DNA of 56,754 nt, counting the filler, from Sphacelaria rigidula (lineage: Eukaryota), in the NCBI GenBank assembly GCA_964200075.2. It is 5 parts of 5 records of this genome, joined end to end, with 100 filler letters (N's around TTAATTAATTAA, not from the genome) between each part and the next. Parts side by side here need not be neighbours in the genome. Positions count along the whole stretch, not along the records: positions 34,114 to 45,384 come from CAXNAA020005138.1; positions 45,485 to 56,754 come from CAXNAA020005139.1; 3 more parts are not named here. One strand, given 5' to 3'. The position numbers and the translations under genes are program-made. This document shows positions 38,165 to 50,200 of the stretch, one piece after another. Numbering within the stretch: position 1 is the first letter of the stretch; each line of letters begins with the position of its first letter. The notes beneath the pieces are model-generated. The model searched no databases, was not told where the DNA came from, and saw nothing but the letters and a program-made list of their open reading frames with translations.

Positions 38165-40315
38165 GGAGTTAACCGGCGAGTAATCGATCTTGGTGGACAT
38201 TTTCGCATCCGCGCTGATAGCTCCACCACGGTAGATGAACGTTCCCGTCTGCTGATACCGTTGATCGGCAGCTTTGATGTCCAGGGTGACCTCCGTGGGA
38301 CTGGGTACTCTCCAAAGGCCCATGGACTCTGTCTTGGTCTCGGAGACCATCAGGCCGAATTCCTGGCAGGTTATCACTATCACGGCCATCATTCGAGCAA
38401 GGCCTTCCGAGGTCTTCGAGGCTATGCCGGTGTTGTCCCCATAAAGCATTGTCCACACCGCGCGTCGCACCTTTCCCAGTGATCTCTCTTCCACGGGGTC
38501 ACCACTGACACCTCGTGGCGCATCATCTAAAAAAACCAAGTCTGAGACGATGAGTGGGTCCGCCGCAAACCGCTGGACGATCACTTCCATCAAGCCTGCT
38601 CGGAAGATGTTGAGCAGCAGCGGAGACGAAACGCAACATTGTCCAAGTCCCTGGCAGACGTCGAACGACGCTGATAGTTCGCCACAATCTAGCTGTACTC
38701 GAGCTCGCATGCCGCTGTGAAACATACGGATTATCGTGATCATTCGTGATGGGACTCCGAACCGAGCAAGTACTTCCCACAGGAGCGTGAGTTCTACTGA
38801 CTGTATCGCCAGGTATACTCTATTCGAGCTCGCTGATGATGAGCTGGGTGAGCTGCTCACGTCTGACGGGGTCAGATACTATTGCTCGTCCGTCGGTCGG
38901 TGCACACCCAGTTGGGATTCGTCTCGGTCTGTGCGTGCGAAGCGACCAAGGAGCCGCACTGAGGCGCACACGATGTCGTGGTCAGAGTCCGGCGAGTTGG
39001 GGGGTTGAAGGTGGACGATGACACGACGAACGAGCCTGCGGTGATCTTGCCGTGTGATGATGTAGTCAGTGCGTTTTCTGTCCGCGGGGCGATTTGCAAC
39101 ACCGTTGAACGTACGCGAGGTGTATTCCTTGGGGGTGGAAAAGAACGTGTTGACCAGGGAAAGCCTGTTGTCGGCTGCAAATTACATTAGAGATGTGCCG
39201 TTACTGTCGTTGGATCGGGGGTCTCGGCAGTATGCTCCTACAGTTTGACGTTCCTCCTCGCCTGTTCGTCTTCCGTTCCTCGCGTTAGCGTCCACTCAAA
39301 TAAGCAGGTGATGCTTGTGGGGGATACAGTTCACAATGCCGTCTAACTCAGTCCAGGACAAATCTCTTTCTTCTCTTGACAGTGGAGTGCCTGTCGGGGC
39401 GTACGCAAACGGCAAACGTAGCAGCATTTGATTTACCCGCTAGGTCGAAAGTCATCGACATGATGCGTTCGCTGATGAGTGCCTGAGTCCACGTCGCCTT
39501 GCTGATGATCGTATCCTTGAATGCCAACCCAACCCCATGTTGACCAGCCCTTCCCTTGCCCCCCTCTGCCCCGCAACAAAAATTGCGGCATCCCGCCGCA
39601 CAAAATTCGGATCGACCTGGTCTCCTCCTTTCCTGTAGCCCGATGACATCACTTCCTACTACCTGGCATTTTTTCAGGACCACCTCAGCATGACCAGCTC
39701 CGTTCTTTCCCGTGAGGGACAGTGTACGAACGTTATAGGTAGCCACTTTGAGCTCCCCACTACGTGTCCTAGCTTTAGCCTTCTCTATATTCACGCGTCT
39801 TTCTCTCTGTTCTGCTCTCTTTTTTGGTCTGTTGCGGCTTCTAAGTGTACGGGCAATCTGTTGTTTCTGTTCCGATTTTGCTTCGGCACGTCTATCACGG
39901 TCCTTGCCTTGCTTGTTGGTCTCGCGGAAAGGGTGCAGCCTTCCCATCCAGGGTCGGCCGCGGTCTCCAGTCCACCGAATCTGATACTTACCCACACGTG
40001 CCCCATCTCCATCAACGTGCTTTCCGTGACAGCGTCTCAACGCCGGGTAAAATGCTACAGCTGCGGGGTTCAGTGTACTTCCCATTCTAGGGTAAAACTC
40101 CGCAGCTGCAGTATTGAGCCTGCATGCACGTTGACATTGTCGACATGACCCACTACTTAGACTGTATGTTGCCTAACCACTGACACGACACGTAGACGAG
40201 CCAGTAGGTTAACTTACCCTCCCTTGCTTCCTGGTTGTGTTGTCGACGGGGTTAGCCTACCCCGACACAGTCAACCCCGGACGGGTGGCTGTCGGGGAAA
40301 AGCAGAGGTACTCGC
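38165..40315 (-). mobile_element. RTE-clade LINE relic: APE endonuclease plus RT, internally deleted and 3'-truncated
   Basis: EN motifs LKVATYNVRTL, DVIGLQE, NTFF, TDYII, DSDHDIV. RT shows LWEVLARFGVPSRMITIIRMFHSGMRARV...VCQGLGQCCVSSPLLLNIF...MLYGDN (degenerate YADD)...FGLMVSETKTE. Confidence 0.9.
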
Positions 40316-40399
40316 TCAACAACCATCTTTCATGCGCAAACATGACCACAAACCACACAATAACAAGCTGCAATCATTTTCAAAACAATTCGTGAATAC

Positions 40400-43345
40400 C
40401 AGTCATAATGTGTTTCTTCATTCTCAACAAGCACTCAATCACCTCAGCACTTGCTCCTCAACATCAGCACCCAACTCGGCGCTCACCACAACAGCAAACA
40501 CCTCAGCTAACGGCTTCTTTGTCGTCCTCGAGCCCGCTCCTGAGAAACAGTAGCACTCGAAGCACGACCCCGTGCACAGCGTAGAGCAGCGTTTCCACTC
40601 GAATACTCGCTCCTTGTACATGATTCCAGCTACAGCTCGCACCCTCTTGGAGTCGCTCAGCTCGTTACTGAACGGTATATCCGCACCGCCGAACCAATGC
40701 GACAGACCATCTGCCTCCACAGATAGTTGGGTAGTACTGAACACCTGTGCTTCAGTCAGTTTTACAGAGGAAACGAAAGGCGAAACGGAAACAGCTACAC
40801 AGTCCCGAACGGCAACACTCACACTATCATCCTCAAACACCCCGCGACGAAATAGTGGGGACACCTCCACCATCGCCTCCAAATACGCCAAAGCTGTCCA
40901 TGTAAACAGCAATACGGATGACCACCGTAACACTACGCAATCCAGCGAATCCACATCCGCCAACCCGGCATTCACTTTTCCTGCAAGCAGACACCCGTGC
41001 GAGTCAACTGAATAACCTCCCGCCGAATCATTGGAGCAGATGGACTCGCCCTGAGCACGCAAGCCCCAAGCTGGCTCTGGTGTCGATCATCACGAAGATA
41101 ACCCCCCTTTGCAGCGGTGAGCATGCAAGGTGTGTCCCCAATCACGATCTGATCCGGCGGCCACAAGCAACCAGGGCCTTTGCCTCTCAGCGCTAGCTCA
41201 TCGAAGCAAATCGGCTTCGCGTTTCCAACAGCAGCGGCAGCAGCGACTGGATCAAATGTACCCGCTTCAGCCACTACCTCCTGCTCAGCGTCTTCCTGAA
41301 CGGCAACAGCGGCACCTGAGCTGCCTGCAGTCCGCTCGAGCGGCATGGTATGTTCGCCCTCTCCAACAGTAATACCAGCAGCATCCAAACCAATTCTTAC
41401 TGTGGTACTGTCGGCGGGCGCGCTCTCATACCTACCCGCTTTGACAGACACGTGCTGTGTCTCCTTCCCGCTCTGCATAGTGGAAACAGTTGCCCTGTAT
41501 CATTGCTCAAGACGCTTAGTACCGACTGCACGTTCAGCGGATACACTGTCGTGCCTGCTCCCTCGGGCAAACACATGTTTCTCGGCTTTCACAGTGCGAG
41601 CATCTGCCCTGTCTCGTTGTTTCAGACGCGCAGCACCAACTGTACGTTCGGCGGGTGCACTGTCGTGCCTGTCCCCTCGGGCAGACACTTGTTTCTCGGC
41701 TGTTACAGTGCAAGTAGCCGCCCTGTATCGTTGTTCCAGACGCGCACTACCTAATACTGCACGTCCGACAAGCGCACTGTCTTGCGTATCTATCCCCATT
41801 GACACACACATGCTTCTCGCCCTTGACTGTGCATGCGAGAGCGCTCTCATGGCTGTCTTCTCTGACAGACACGTGCTGTGTGACAAGTGCGCGCTTCACA
41901 GTGCGATGCACCCCACCGGACGACGCATGCTTGCGCAACGCGATAAGCAGCTGCTCGTTCTCAGCATCATAATCATGCTTTAAGAACGTGTCACACAGAC
42001 ATATCGCAATATGTTTCGGCATGAGGTCAGAAACTGCCTTCACCTCGAAGAGGTTTGTCCACCGCGCGTTCACCTGATCTACATCTCGCACATATCGCTC
42101 GTATTTCCGTAAAATCTCGACCGATTTCTCGCTCGGAACCTTCAGGCCGTAGTACGGCACCTCCAGCGCCAGTACAGGAATAACACGAATCGACGGTGGC
42201 ATATTGCTACGCCTCATCATGTTGAACAGTCGAACAGGCTTTGGATCTGAGCTGCCTGTATTCCGCTCGAGCTGCGTGGCATGTACGCCCTCTTCAACAG
42301 CGATAACAGCAGCATCCAAACCAGTGCTTACTCTGGTACTGTCGGCGGGCGCGTTCTCATACTTATCCGCTTGGACAGACACGTGCTGTGTCTCCTTCCC
42401 GCTTTACACAGTGTAAACAGCTGCCCTGTATCGTTGCTGAAGACGTGCACCACCGACTGCACGTTCAGCGGTTGCACTGTCGCGCCTGTCCCCTCGGGCA
42501 GTCACATGCTTTTCGCCCTTCACAGTACAAGCAGCTGCCCCGTATGTTGTTTCAGGAGCGCACCACCTACTGCACGTTCGGCAAGCGCACGGTCGTGCGT
42601 GTCGCCTCTCACAGATACATGCTTCTCGCCCTTCACAGTGTAAGCAGCTGCCCTGTATCGTTGTTTCGGGCTCGCACGTTCAGCAGGTGCACTGTCGTGC
42701 CTGTCGCCTCTGACAGATACATGCTTCTCGGCTTCCACAGTGCCATGCACGCTGATCGACGAGGCATGCTTGCGCAACGCCAAAAACGACTGCTTGTGCC
42801 CAACATCATAAGCATGCTTCAAGAACGTGTCACATAGACATATCGCAAAATGTTTCGGCATGAGATCGGAAACTGCTGTCACCTCAAAGAGATTTGTTCA
42901 CCGCGCGTTCACCTGATCTACATCTCGCACATATTACTCGTATTTCTGTAAAAACTTGGCTGATTTCTCGCTCGAAAAACTGCGGCCGTAGTACGGCACC
43001 TCCAGCGCCAGTACAGGAACAACACGACCATCGACGAGGACATGTTGCTGCGCCTCATCATTTTGAACAGTCGAACAGGCTTTGCCGCTACCTCCACTCT
43101 CCTCATCAAGCGCCGAGCCACCATGACATGTGTACATGGTGAACGATCGCAAAGCAGCGCCTCAACAGCTCAAAAGCGGTTCCAGAAAAACCAGCGTTGT
43201 TTCTCAATCACAGAAACAAAAACTTTCCATACACCAAGACGCGCTTGGCCACCACACGAAAATGGCCACAGCATCTCTTCCTCACGCAGGTCTCACCACG
43301 TGTTGGAAGTCCTTAGAATCCTCTTCTTGAACGCGGCTGGCCAAC
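40400..43345 (-). mobile_element. Non-autonomous Gypsy-like derivative with duplicated gag N-terminus and ~114-bp internal repeats
   Basis: PBS-like motif at 43281-43298. Two copies of VLALEVPYYG...SEKS...KYE...VSDLMPKH.AICLCDTFLKH resemble the gag start at 43849-44106. The 3' end (40420-40550) resembles 35818-35945. Confidence 0.6.
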
Positions 43346-43848
43346 CTCGAGCCATCTCCCGTCTGAGGTGGTAATTGCGCCGCGCCCTTTGGCGGACTCT
43401 GTAAAGAAAGTACAGCGGCACCTCTAGCATGAGGAGTACGGTAGTATATTGGTATCAGTCTGGATATTGTGACGATGGGTTAGAGGATGATTATCAAATG
43501 CGTAGCATATTGTGTTCGTGAGGGGAGCAAACGAGGATCCCTTCCGGTTTCGACGAAGATTGCTGTTTGTATAACTGCTTGAGGCTTGAATGAAGTCTCT
43601 GGAGCCCGTGACAGGGAGGAAGCCTCTGGAGAAGCACTGTGACCTTGTTCTGATTTCAGACAAGCCTACACTAAACGATTATTCAGGAAACTTGGTCGTT
43701 TCTGGGTTAGGTTTTGGAAGTCGCATCCAACCGTTTGTAGAACTTGAGGATGCTCACGTTGAATAACAGAGGGGAAGAAGGCGGCGGAGAGAGAGGCGCA
43801 GGCCACAAAAATCCAAGGCGACTGCGATGACAGTAGGCTGTTGGAAGG

Positions 43849-44793
43849 ATGGCTGCGCGAAGGAAATATGGCAACAGCGAGATGGTTGATGGGGTGAAGT
43901 TTGCAGTAACCCAAATGACTCTGGGTGGATCATTGAAAGTGCCCGAGTTCCGGCGAGTATTCAGTGAAAAAGTCCCCAGACGCTTTTACCAAGAGTATCG
44001 AGATTATGAGGAGGCAGTGGAAAAAAGTAACATAGGCCGGTCGGTTAAGTGCGCACTCTTGACCATGCAAGAGTTGGTGCCCAAGCACATCCAGAACTGC
44101 GTCTGATACCGTCCTTGACGGGCTGCTACTCGACGCAGACGAATTGCAGGAAGGGATTGCACGCCATGCGAAATGCTGGATCGATATGAAGATTGATTTT
44201 TCAGAAGCTGCAGCAGGCGTGAAAAAGACCCTTGCCGCAGGGTCTGAACCAACTGCAATGGGGCGAGTAGAAGGGCAATGAAGTTCATCATAGGAGTGCT
44301 TTGCGGGAAATGCAGGTGTGGAGTGCGTTTTCCTTGAATCTGACCGTACGTTCAAGGCTGGTTCAGCACACATTATTACCAGAGCTATGGTCGCCGGCCT
44401 GACCCCACCTGATTTCAATAATAAAGTTCAAAATATACTCTACATGAATAGGGACTGGAAAGAGAGCCCGAGAGTGAATTATGAGGTACCTCATGACTCG
44501 GCGAAAAAATGGAAGACTGTTGAGGAGGTTGACAATCACCGCCGCCAGCAACCGCAGCTGAGGAAAAAATGCAGCTCACAAGGCTCGAAAAAACTGACAT
44601 CGCATGCCGGCGCAGCGGCTGCGGCCGCCGCAGCGGGTAGTGGTGGTAAGAGCTCGAAAAAGCCCCACAAACCTGGTCCGAGCTACGCAGGTTGTTTCGA
44701 GTGTGGCGACAAGGGCCAGTACAAGAAGGAAGGACTGTAACAAACAGAGCACACCTGCGGCCGCGGTGAGTGCGTCAGGTGGGCAATCCAAGT

Positions 44794-44858
<65 letters not shown>

Positions 44859-45283
44859 GTCCATGGTCAGTGGGGGGGCAGTAAAGGTCCTGCTCCAACA
44901 CGAGCTGTTTTCCCATGGGATGGAACGCAAGGGGGTGCTAGCAGTGCGGGTAGCATGGTGCCGCCCCAGCCCTCAGCTCCAGCTCCTGTAGATCAATGCC
45001 AACTGCCGGCGGGACCGGGTCAGTAGTGGACGTCTCAGACAATGCCGGTATGGCGGAGTCTGCACACCGCTGAGGGTGTGGTAGTTGACCGCAAGGATCG
45101 ATTCTGCCGGGCAGACTTTGTTCTGCAGCCAAGAGCGTTTGCCCTGTTACTGCCGTTTTGGATTCGGGGGCTGGCATCACTATCATGTCTGAAAAAGTGG
45201 CGGCCCAGTTGCAAGCAGTGTTTCCTGATGTGCCAGTTGTCACGAGCATGGCTCGTGCACACCCGGTGAAACTAGCTGATGGT
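43849..45283 (+). mobile_element. Ty3/Gypsy gag and protease relic, truncated by a DNA element
   Basis: Gag with in-frame stops, degenerate zinc knuckle CFECGDKGQYKK, and protease VLDSGAGITIMSEKVAAQLQAVFPDVPVV homologous to 37300-37420. Confidence 0.82.
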
Positions 45284-45384
45284 CAGTGTTGTGAATCGAA
45301 AACCGAAAAATCGGTTTTCGGTCGGTTTTTCGGTCGGTTTTTGTCAACCGAAACCGGGTTTTTGAATTCTGTTTTTCGGTTGCC
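45284..45384. mobile_element. Terminus of a probable hAT-type non-autonomous element
   Basis: Begins CAGTGTTG abruptly inside the protease frame, followed by AACCGA/TCGGTT subterminal repeats. Cut by the spacer, so the TSD cannot be checked. Confidence 0.5.
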
Positions 45385-45484
45385 NNNNNNNNNNNNNNNN
45401 NNNNNNNNNNNNNNNNNNNNNNNNNNNNTTAATTAATTAANNNNNNNNNNNNNNNNNNNNNNNNNNNNNNNNNNNNNNNNNNNN
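45385..45484. other. Artificial spacer N44-TTAATTAATTAA-N44
   Basis: Identical linker. Confidence 0.97.
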
Positions 45485-45588
45485 CTTCCTCCTGTGTGAC
45501 CCCGGCTGAGGCGCCCACATATACCGAAAGGTGTAGAGTGGCGCCCAGAATAAATGGGACAACACACACACACACACACACACACACA
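45485..45588. repeat. Dispersed repeat with (CA)n tail, family of 9371-9462
   Basis: Sequence match plus a (CA)n run at ~45562-45588. Confidence 0.72.
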
Positions 45589-45761
45589 TGTTGATAACTC
45601 ATGTACTACTGTATGAAAAGCTGTCCCCCATATTACCTCGTATGAAAAAATTGCCCCGCCCAACCACCGTCGGGACAACCCCGGAATTCCAAGTTACAGG
45701 CTGAGTAAGGAAACTATGACATTATGAGTGTCCTTCTTTCGTTTTTTCGTTTTTTCTTCCG

Positions 45762-46070
45762 GGGTGATGCCGCGATAGCCCCCCGCAAAAAAGTGGTTGG
45801 TTTGAGGAGGCATAATCTTCATGCGAATCAAGATGACGAAAGCCAGGCATACTGAGCAGCTGGGGAATTCACGCGCTTGGGAATCGTTTTCGGTCTTATT
45901 TTCGCCTTTGTCGCCCGTTTGGGTCGCTTCAGCATTCTTTCGGAGACCAGCTATCAAAATGGGCTGAATTATCATTCACTCTATCAATAATCTTATTTAT
46001 GACAGTTCTGGGGCTGGCTTCGGGAGGGGGGCGCGCGCGCGCGGGGGGGGGGGCTATCATGATATCACTC
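45762..46070. mobile_element. MITE related to 14146-14395
   Basis: Imperfect inverted termini gtgatgccgcgatagcccccgc / gggggggctatcatgatatcac share GATAGCCCCC with the 14146 element. Confidence 0.55.
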
Positions 46071-47241
46071 TCCGTATGAAGGGCAGCCGTCGATACTACT
46101 GTTCCGAAAGGACACCTGAAGCCCAAGGGATGAATTGTTGTTGCACGAAAAGTGACACGCTCGTGACTTGACACGCTCATACAGCACACGACACCCCCCC
46201 GAAACATGGAACAATTGCAGAAATTCAACTTTTTTTCTTGAAACATTTTCACTTTCACTCCTTGCTTGACTGCTTCGTCGAGCGCGTGAGTGAAGATTAC
46301 TGTTTTAACGTTCCCGACTTCTGGACAAGCTGCAATGGACGCATTCACTGCCGCCCAACATAACATACGCACGTACACCCATGGCGTACTCGCCGTTCGT
46401 TGGTTGGAAACTTGTTCCTCAATTCAACGTTAACCGCAGGTCAAATTCGGGGGACATGCGCTGATCGCAGTGCAACCAACGAGGAAGACCGGCTTGCCGA
46501 AGTCAACAAACCAACCGTTCGCTGGTCTCGCACCGTACAACTTTAACCTATAGATATCACGAACGGTGAAAACATGGGTCGTACAGCACGGCATCCCTAA
46601 CCCACACACTTGGTTACACAACAAAATTACTGCGTGTCCGATGCTCTCCTAAAGCAGATGGAACGAGTGACTCAGAGTTTTGCGGGGAAATTTCATCGAT
46701 CCATGATCCTTGATCGATAGGTGGCGTCATTGCCATGGTCCACACGTCCCTCCGCCCAACGTGACCGTGCATAGCGTCTCCCGTTAATCAGGAATATTCG
46801 GCCAATCAGGTTCCTCGGGCACTTCCGTGTTGACCAACAGCAAAACCGCATGCCACGTTTCTACAGTATCTGTGCTACGTTCTCGCCACCGACGTTTTGA
46901 TTTGACAGATCTGCCCAACAAAAATGATATGATGGGTGGGAAATAAATAAGATAGGAAACGAAGCAGAAGAAATTACGATAAATACCTAAACGCAGTGTC
47001 GTCACCTGACTAAAAAAATATATTTTTTGTACCCAACACGTGCGGCTGGAACAGAGGGTATTCATCGGATAAATCGAGGGAACAATAATACGCCGAGCAT
47101 GTATTGCAAGGCAATCTACGAGAAGAGCTGCTGCCCTTTACTCTTCGGGCTATGTACCACCAAGGGAACCAATAGTTGCGGATGACAAACCACACAGGAA
47201 CGCGCAAAAGCGCAACAATGAAGAGAAAATACACGAGTCAA

Positions 47242-50200
47242 TCAATCGAATTTCGGTGCCGATGCCACCCCCGGCGGCGGCTTGCCCACAATATTCACCC
47301 ACAAGTTCACGGGACCTGCGAAGTACCGCACTCCGCAGTACTCTATCACTTCAAGAGACGGCGCCGCGGCGCCCGCGGCACCTTCACCCCGAAAAGCTTT
47401 CAGCGGCTGGAAGCAAACGGCACACATCGCGGAGCCCGCAGGAGTCTCGCTTGCGGCATTCTGGATAGCTTCCACGGTAGGAATAGCGCTTGCCCACTCA
47501 TCGCTGCCTACATCATCCGCGCCAAACCTGCCGCCACTACCACCGCTACCGGCCTTGCCATCAATCAAAGAGTGCAGATATTCACGGCTCTTGGTTTTCT
47601 CCGTCGCTTTCCACGGACCACCGCCACCAACAGTCGCCAAACCGACCGAACTGGTCGGTTCCTCTCTAGCGGTTGTTCCTTTCCGCGTGGTCGTCGTTCC
47701 ATTAGCAGCCGCCGCCCTCTCTTCGCGAGCGCGTAGTACAAACTCTCGCCAGGTTACGTCCATGGACACGAAGCCTTCGATCGTTTCCAGGGCATCCTTG
47801 GCCGCCGCCTGCAGGAGTCGGCACACTCTCACCCCCTCCCGTAGCCCCCGTGCGAACGACTCGAATTCCGCGGAGTGCGCTACCTCGCTCGGGACGTTTC
47901 CAGCGACGGCGGACGCAAGAGATTTCGTCATCGGAGCAACAGAAGCGAAGCCTGAGTCAGTGCCACCGACTTGCTCACCGTTACTGACCTCCAATCTGAT
48001 TCCGCCTTCACTCTCACCCACCACGTTTGTATTCGCATCCGCCGAGTGTCGTCGCTCCAGCGCGGCGAGACCAGCCTCGGCCATCCGAGTAACAAATGAC
48101 ACCATTTCCGCCCAGTCAGACAGCGTCGGCGGGGGTTTCTCGTTGCCCTTTGCGCCCAGCCCAAAATCTAACTCCAACACATCAGCTGGTGCTTCCTTCC
48201 CCGCTACATCACCCCCCTCCGCGCAGTTGTCGCGCCTGTTTGCAGCAGTCATGCCGAGAATACCGGACAGATGCGCCGCTCTGTGGGCAGCGCGCTGCCG
48301 TCGTAGGGCCTTAGCAAGAGCAGCCGCACCCCCGCCCGCGGCTATCGCCTGCTCCTCTACAGGAGGGTGTCCCGTGATATGCTCCCCTCGGAATCGCTCC
48401 GCGCGTTGCGTTTCAGGCCCGAATTGCGTCGCAGCGAGACTTTCCAATGTAAACGCGGGTGGTAACTGCATAGCCGCGCGCCACCGCTCGAGGTCACGTT
48501 CTTCCTCCCTCTCCCTCTCCTCCACGTCCTTGCCTTTGTCTCCAGCTGCTTCCCCTACGTCATCCCCGCCTACTTCGTTGGCAGTCGCCGCTTGGGTGCT
48601 TTCGGTGGTACCCCTGTTTGCTTCGTCCGACATTCGCCGTCTCCTTTCGGCAAGAGGTCGCTCCATCCTCTTTTGTACCTCCCACGCCTCTTCCAGGCGA
48701 CCACGCACCGCCAGTCCATCCCGTAGATCCCGAAGAGAAATCGGAAGCATGCTGTCGCCGGCGCCACTGTCACCGGGAATACCACCCCCCACCGCCCCCG
48801 CGGACAGAGGATTCAAAACGCCATTCTCTGCTGGCCCATTCAAATTGTCGCTGTCCTTCGATTTCATCCGCGTCTCTCCAAACACGGTAGGCTCTTCATC
48901 GCCCGGACCTCGCAAGGGTGGCATCGGAGCTTGACCAGGTGGAGGAGGCCTTGCTGGCGAAATGTCGGCAAACGGGTCAACTATTTTCGAAGCGTCAGGA
49001 GGAGCTGCTGCCCCTGCATCTGCACAGGGCTCCTCCGACAAAACTTGCACGGGCGTCGGCACTTCGCCGCTGCCATCATCAACTGAAACGTCCACTGCAG
49101 GAGTATTTCCCGCTTGGTCACCGCTCTCCTCGAGGTTCTGGACCATGCCGCTGCTGTTTAATCCGTGCACTCCTCCATGTCCAGCAGCGACGCCAGAAGT
49201 CGGTGATGACTCGAGAACGGCATTTACTCCCTCAGCCTCTGCAAAGTCCCCCCAATCTTCGTCGTGGCAGCTTCCGTTATCTGCAGGATGGGGTGGTACG
49301 AAGGCGGCAGCAACAGCGGCAGCAGATCCTACAACAGTATCAGCAGGCGCAGTCGTAGCCCCCCCAGCCACCACTGATAAATCCGGTTCCAAGCCCTCTG
49401 ACAACCACCTTGGCGGTGTGGGGCTCTTACTGCCAACAACGATGTCCGCCGAGGCGCTCTGAGGGAATACAGGGTCGTGCTTTCCACTCTCGGCAGTCGC
49501 ATCTGTGCTTTTCCTTCCAACTACCGTCCCAGCTTCGCCTTCAGATATGATCACGCCAGGCTGGGGTGTGTCTAGGGTAAGGGAGGGAAAGTGTTCTGCT
49601 GAAGTGGCTGCGGGACAGGCCGCCTCCACCTCCGCCACCGTCTGCTGAGGGGGGGGTGGAGATGGCGGGAGCGGCGGTGCTGTGCTTTCATCAGCAAAGT
49701 CATTCCATTCTTCCTGCTCTGCCGCGAGATCGAAGTCTGCCATGGCATCGAAAACGGCCAACTTACTGCGCGCAGGTATACTGTGGCAATTGATTCATGG
49801 AAAGGGGGCAACGGGTGTGGGTACATAGGACAGGTGCACGTTCAAAAAGGGGGGTCGAGGAAATAAGTCAGTAAAGGTCAGTGGACAGTGGAGAAAGGGA
49901 TATCGTGGCCGTGATCGTCCGTGTTTTTTGCACGGCAATAGTGGCTGGACATCGGTGAGTTGGTGCTAATGCAACATGCAATAACACGTGACCACAAGAT
50001 TGAATGGTGTCTACTACAGCGCGATCATCGGACGGTCAAAATAGCGTCGCAGGTGAAACATCTGAGCGAGATGGTTCACCTCCGACCTTGAGCGTGAGCA
50101 CAACTCGGTCCGAGATGTGCAGACCTAATGGGAGGCTGGCATTTGGACGGATGTCTGCGCCACTTAGAAGGAATCGTGGCGACCGCTACAAATAGCAGGT

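Noticed and set aside
47282..48934. 550-aa plus-strand ORF
   Set aside because: It is the antisense shadow of the GC-rich last exon of the synergin-like gene and has no independent motifs.
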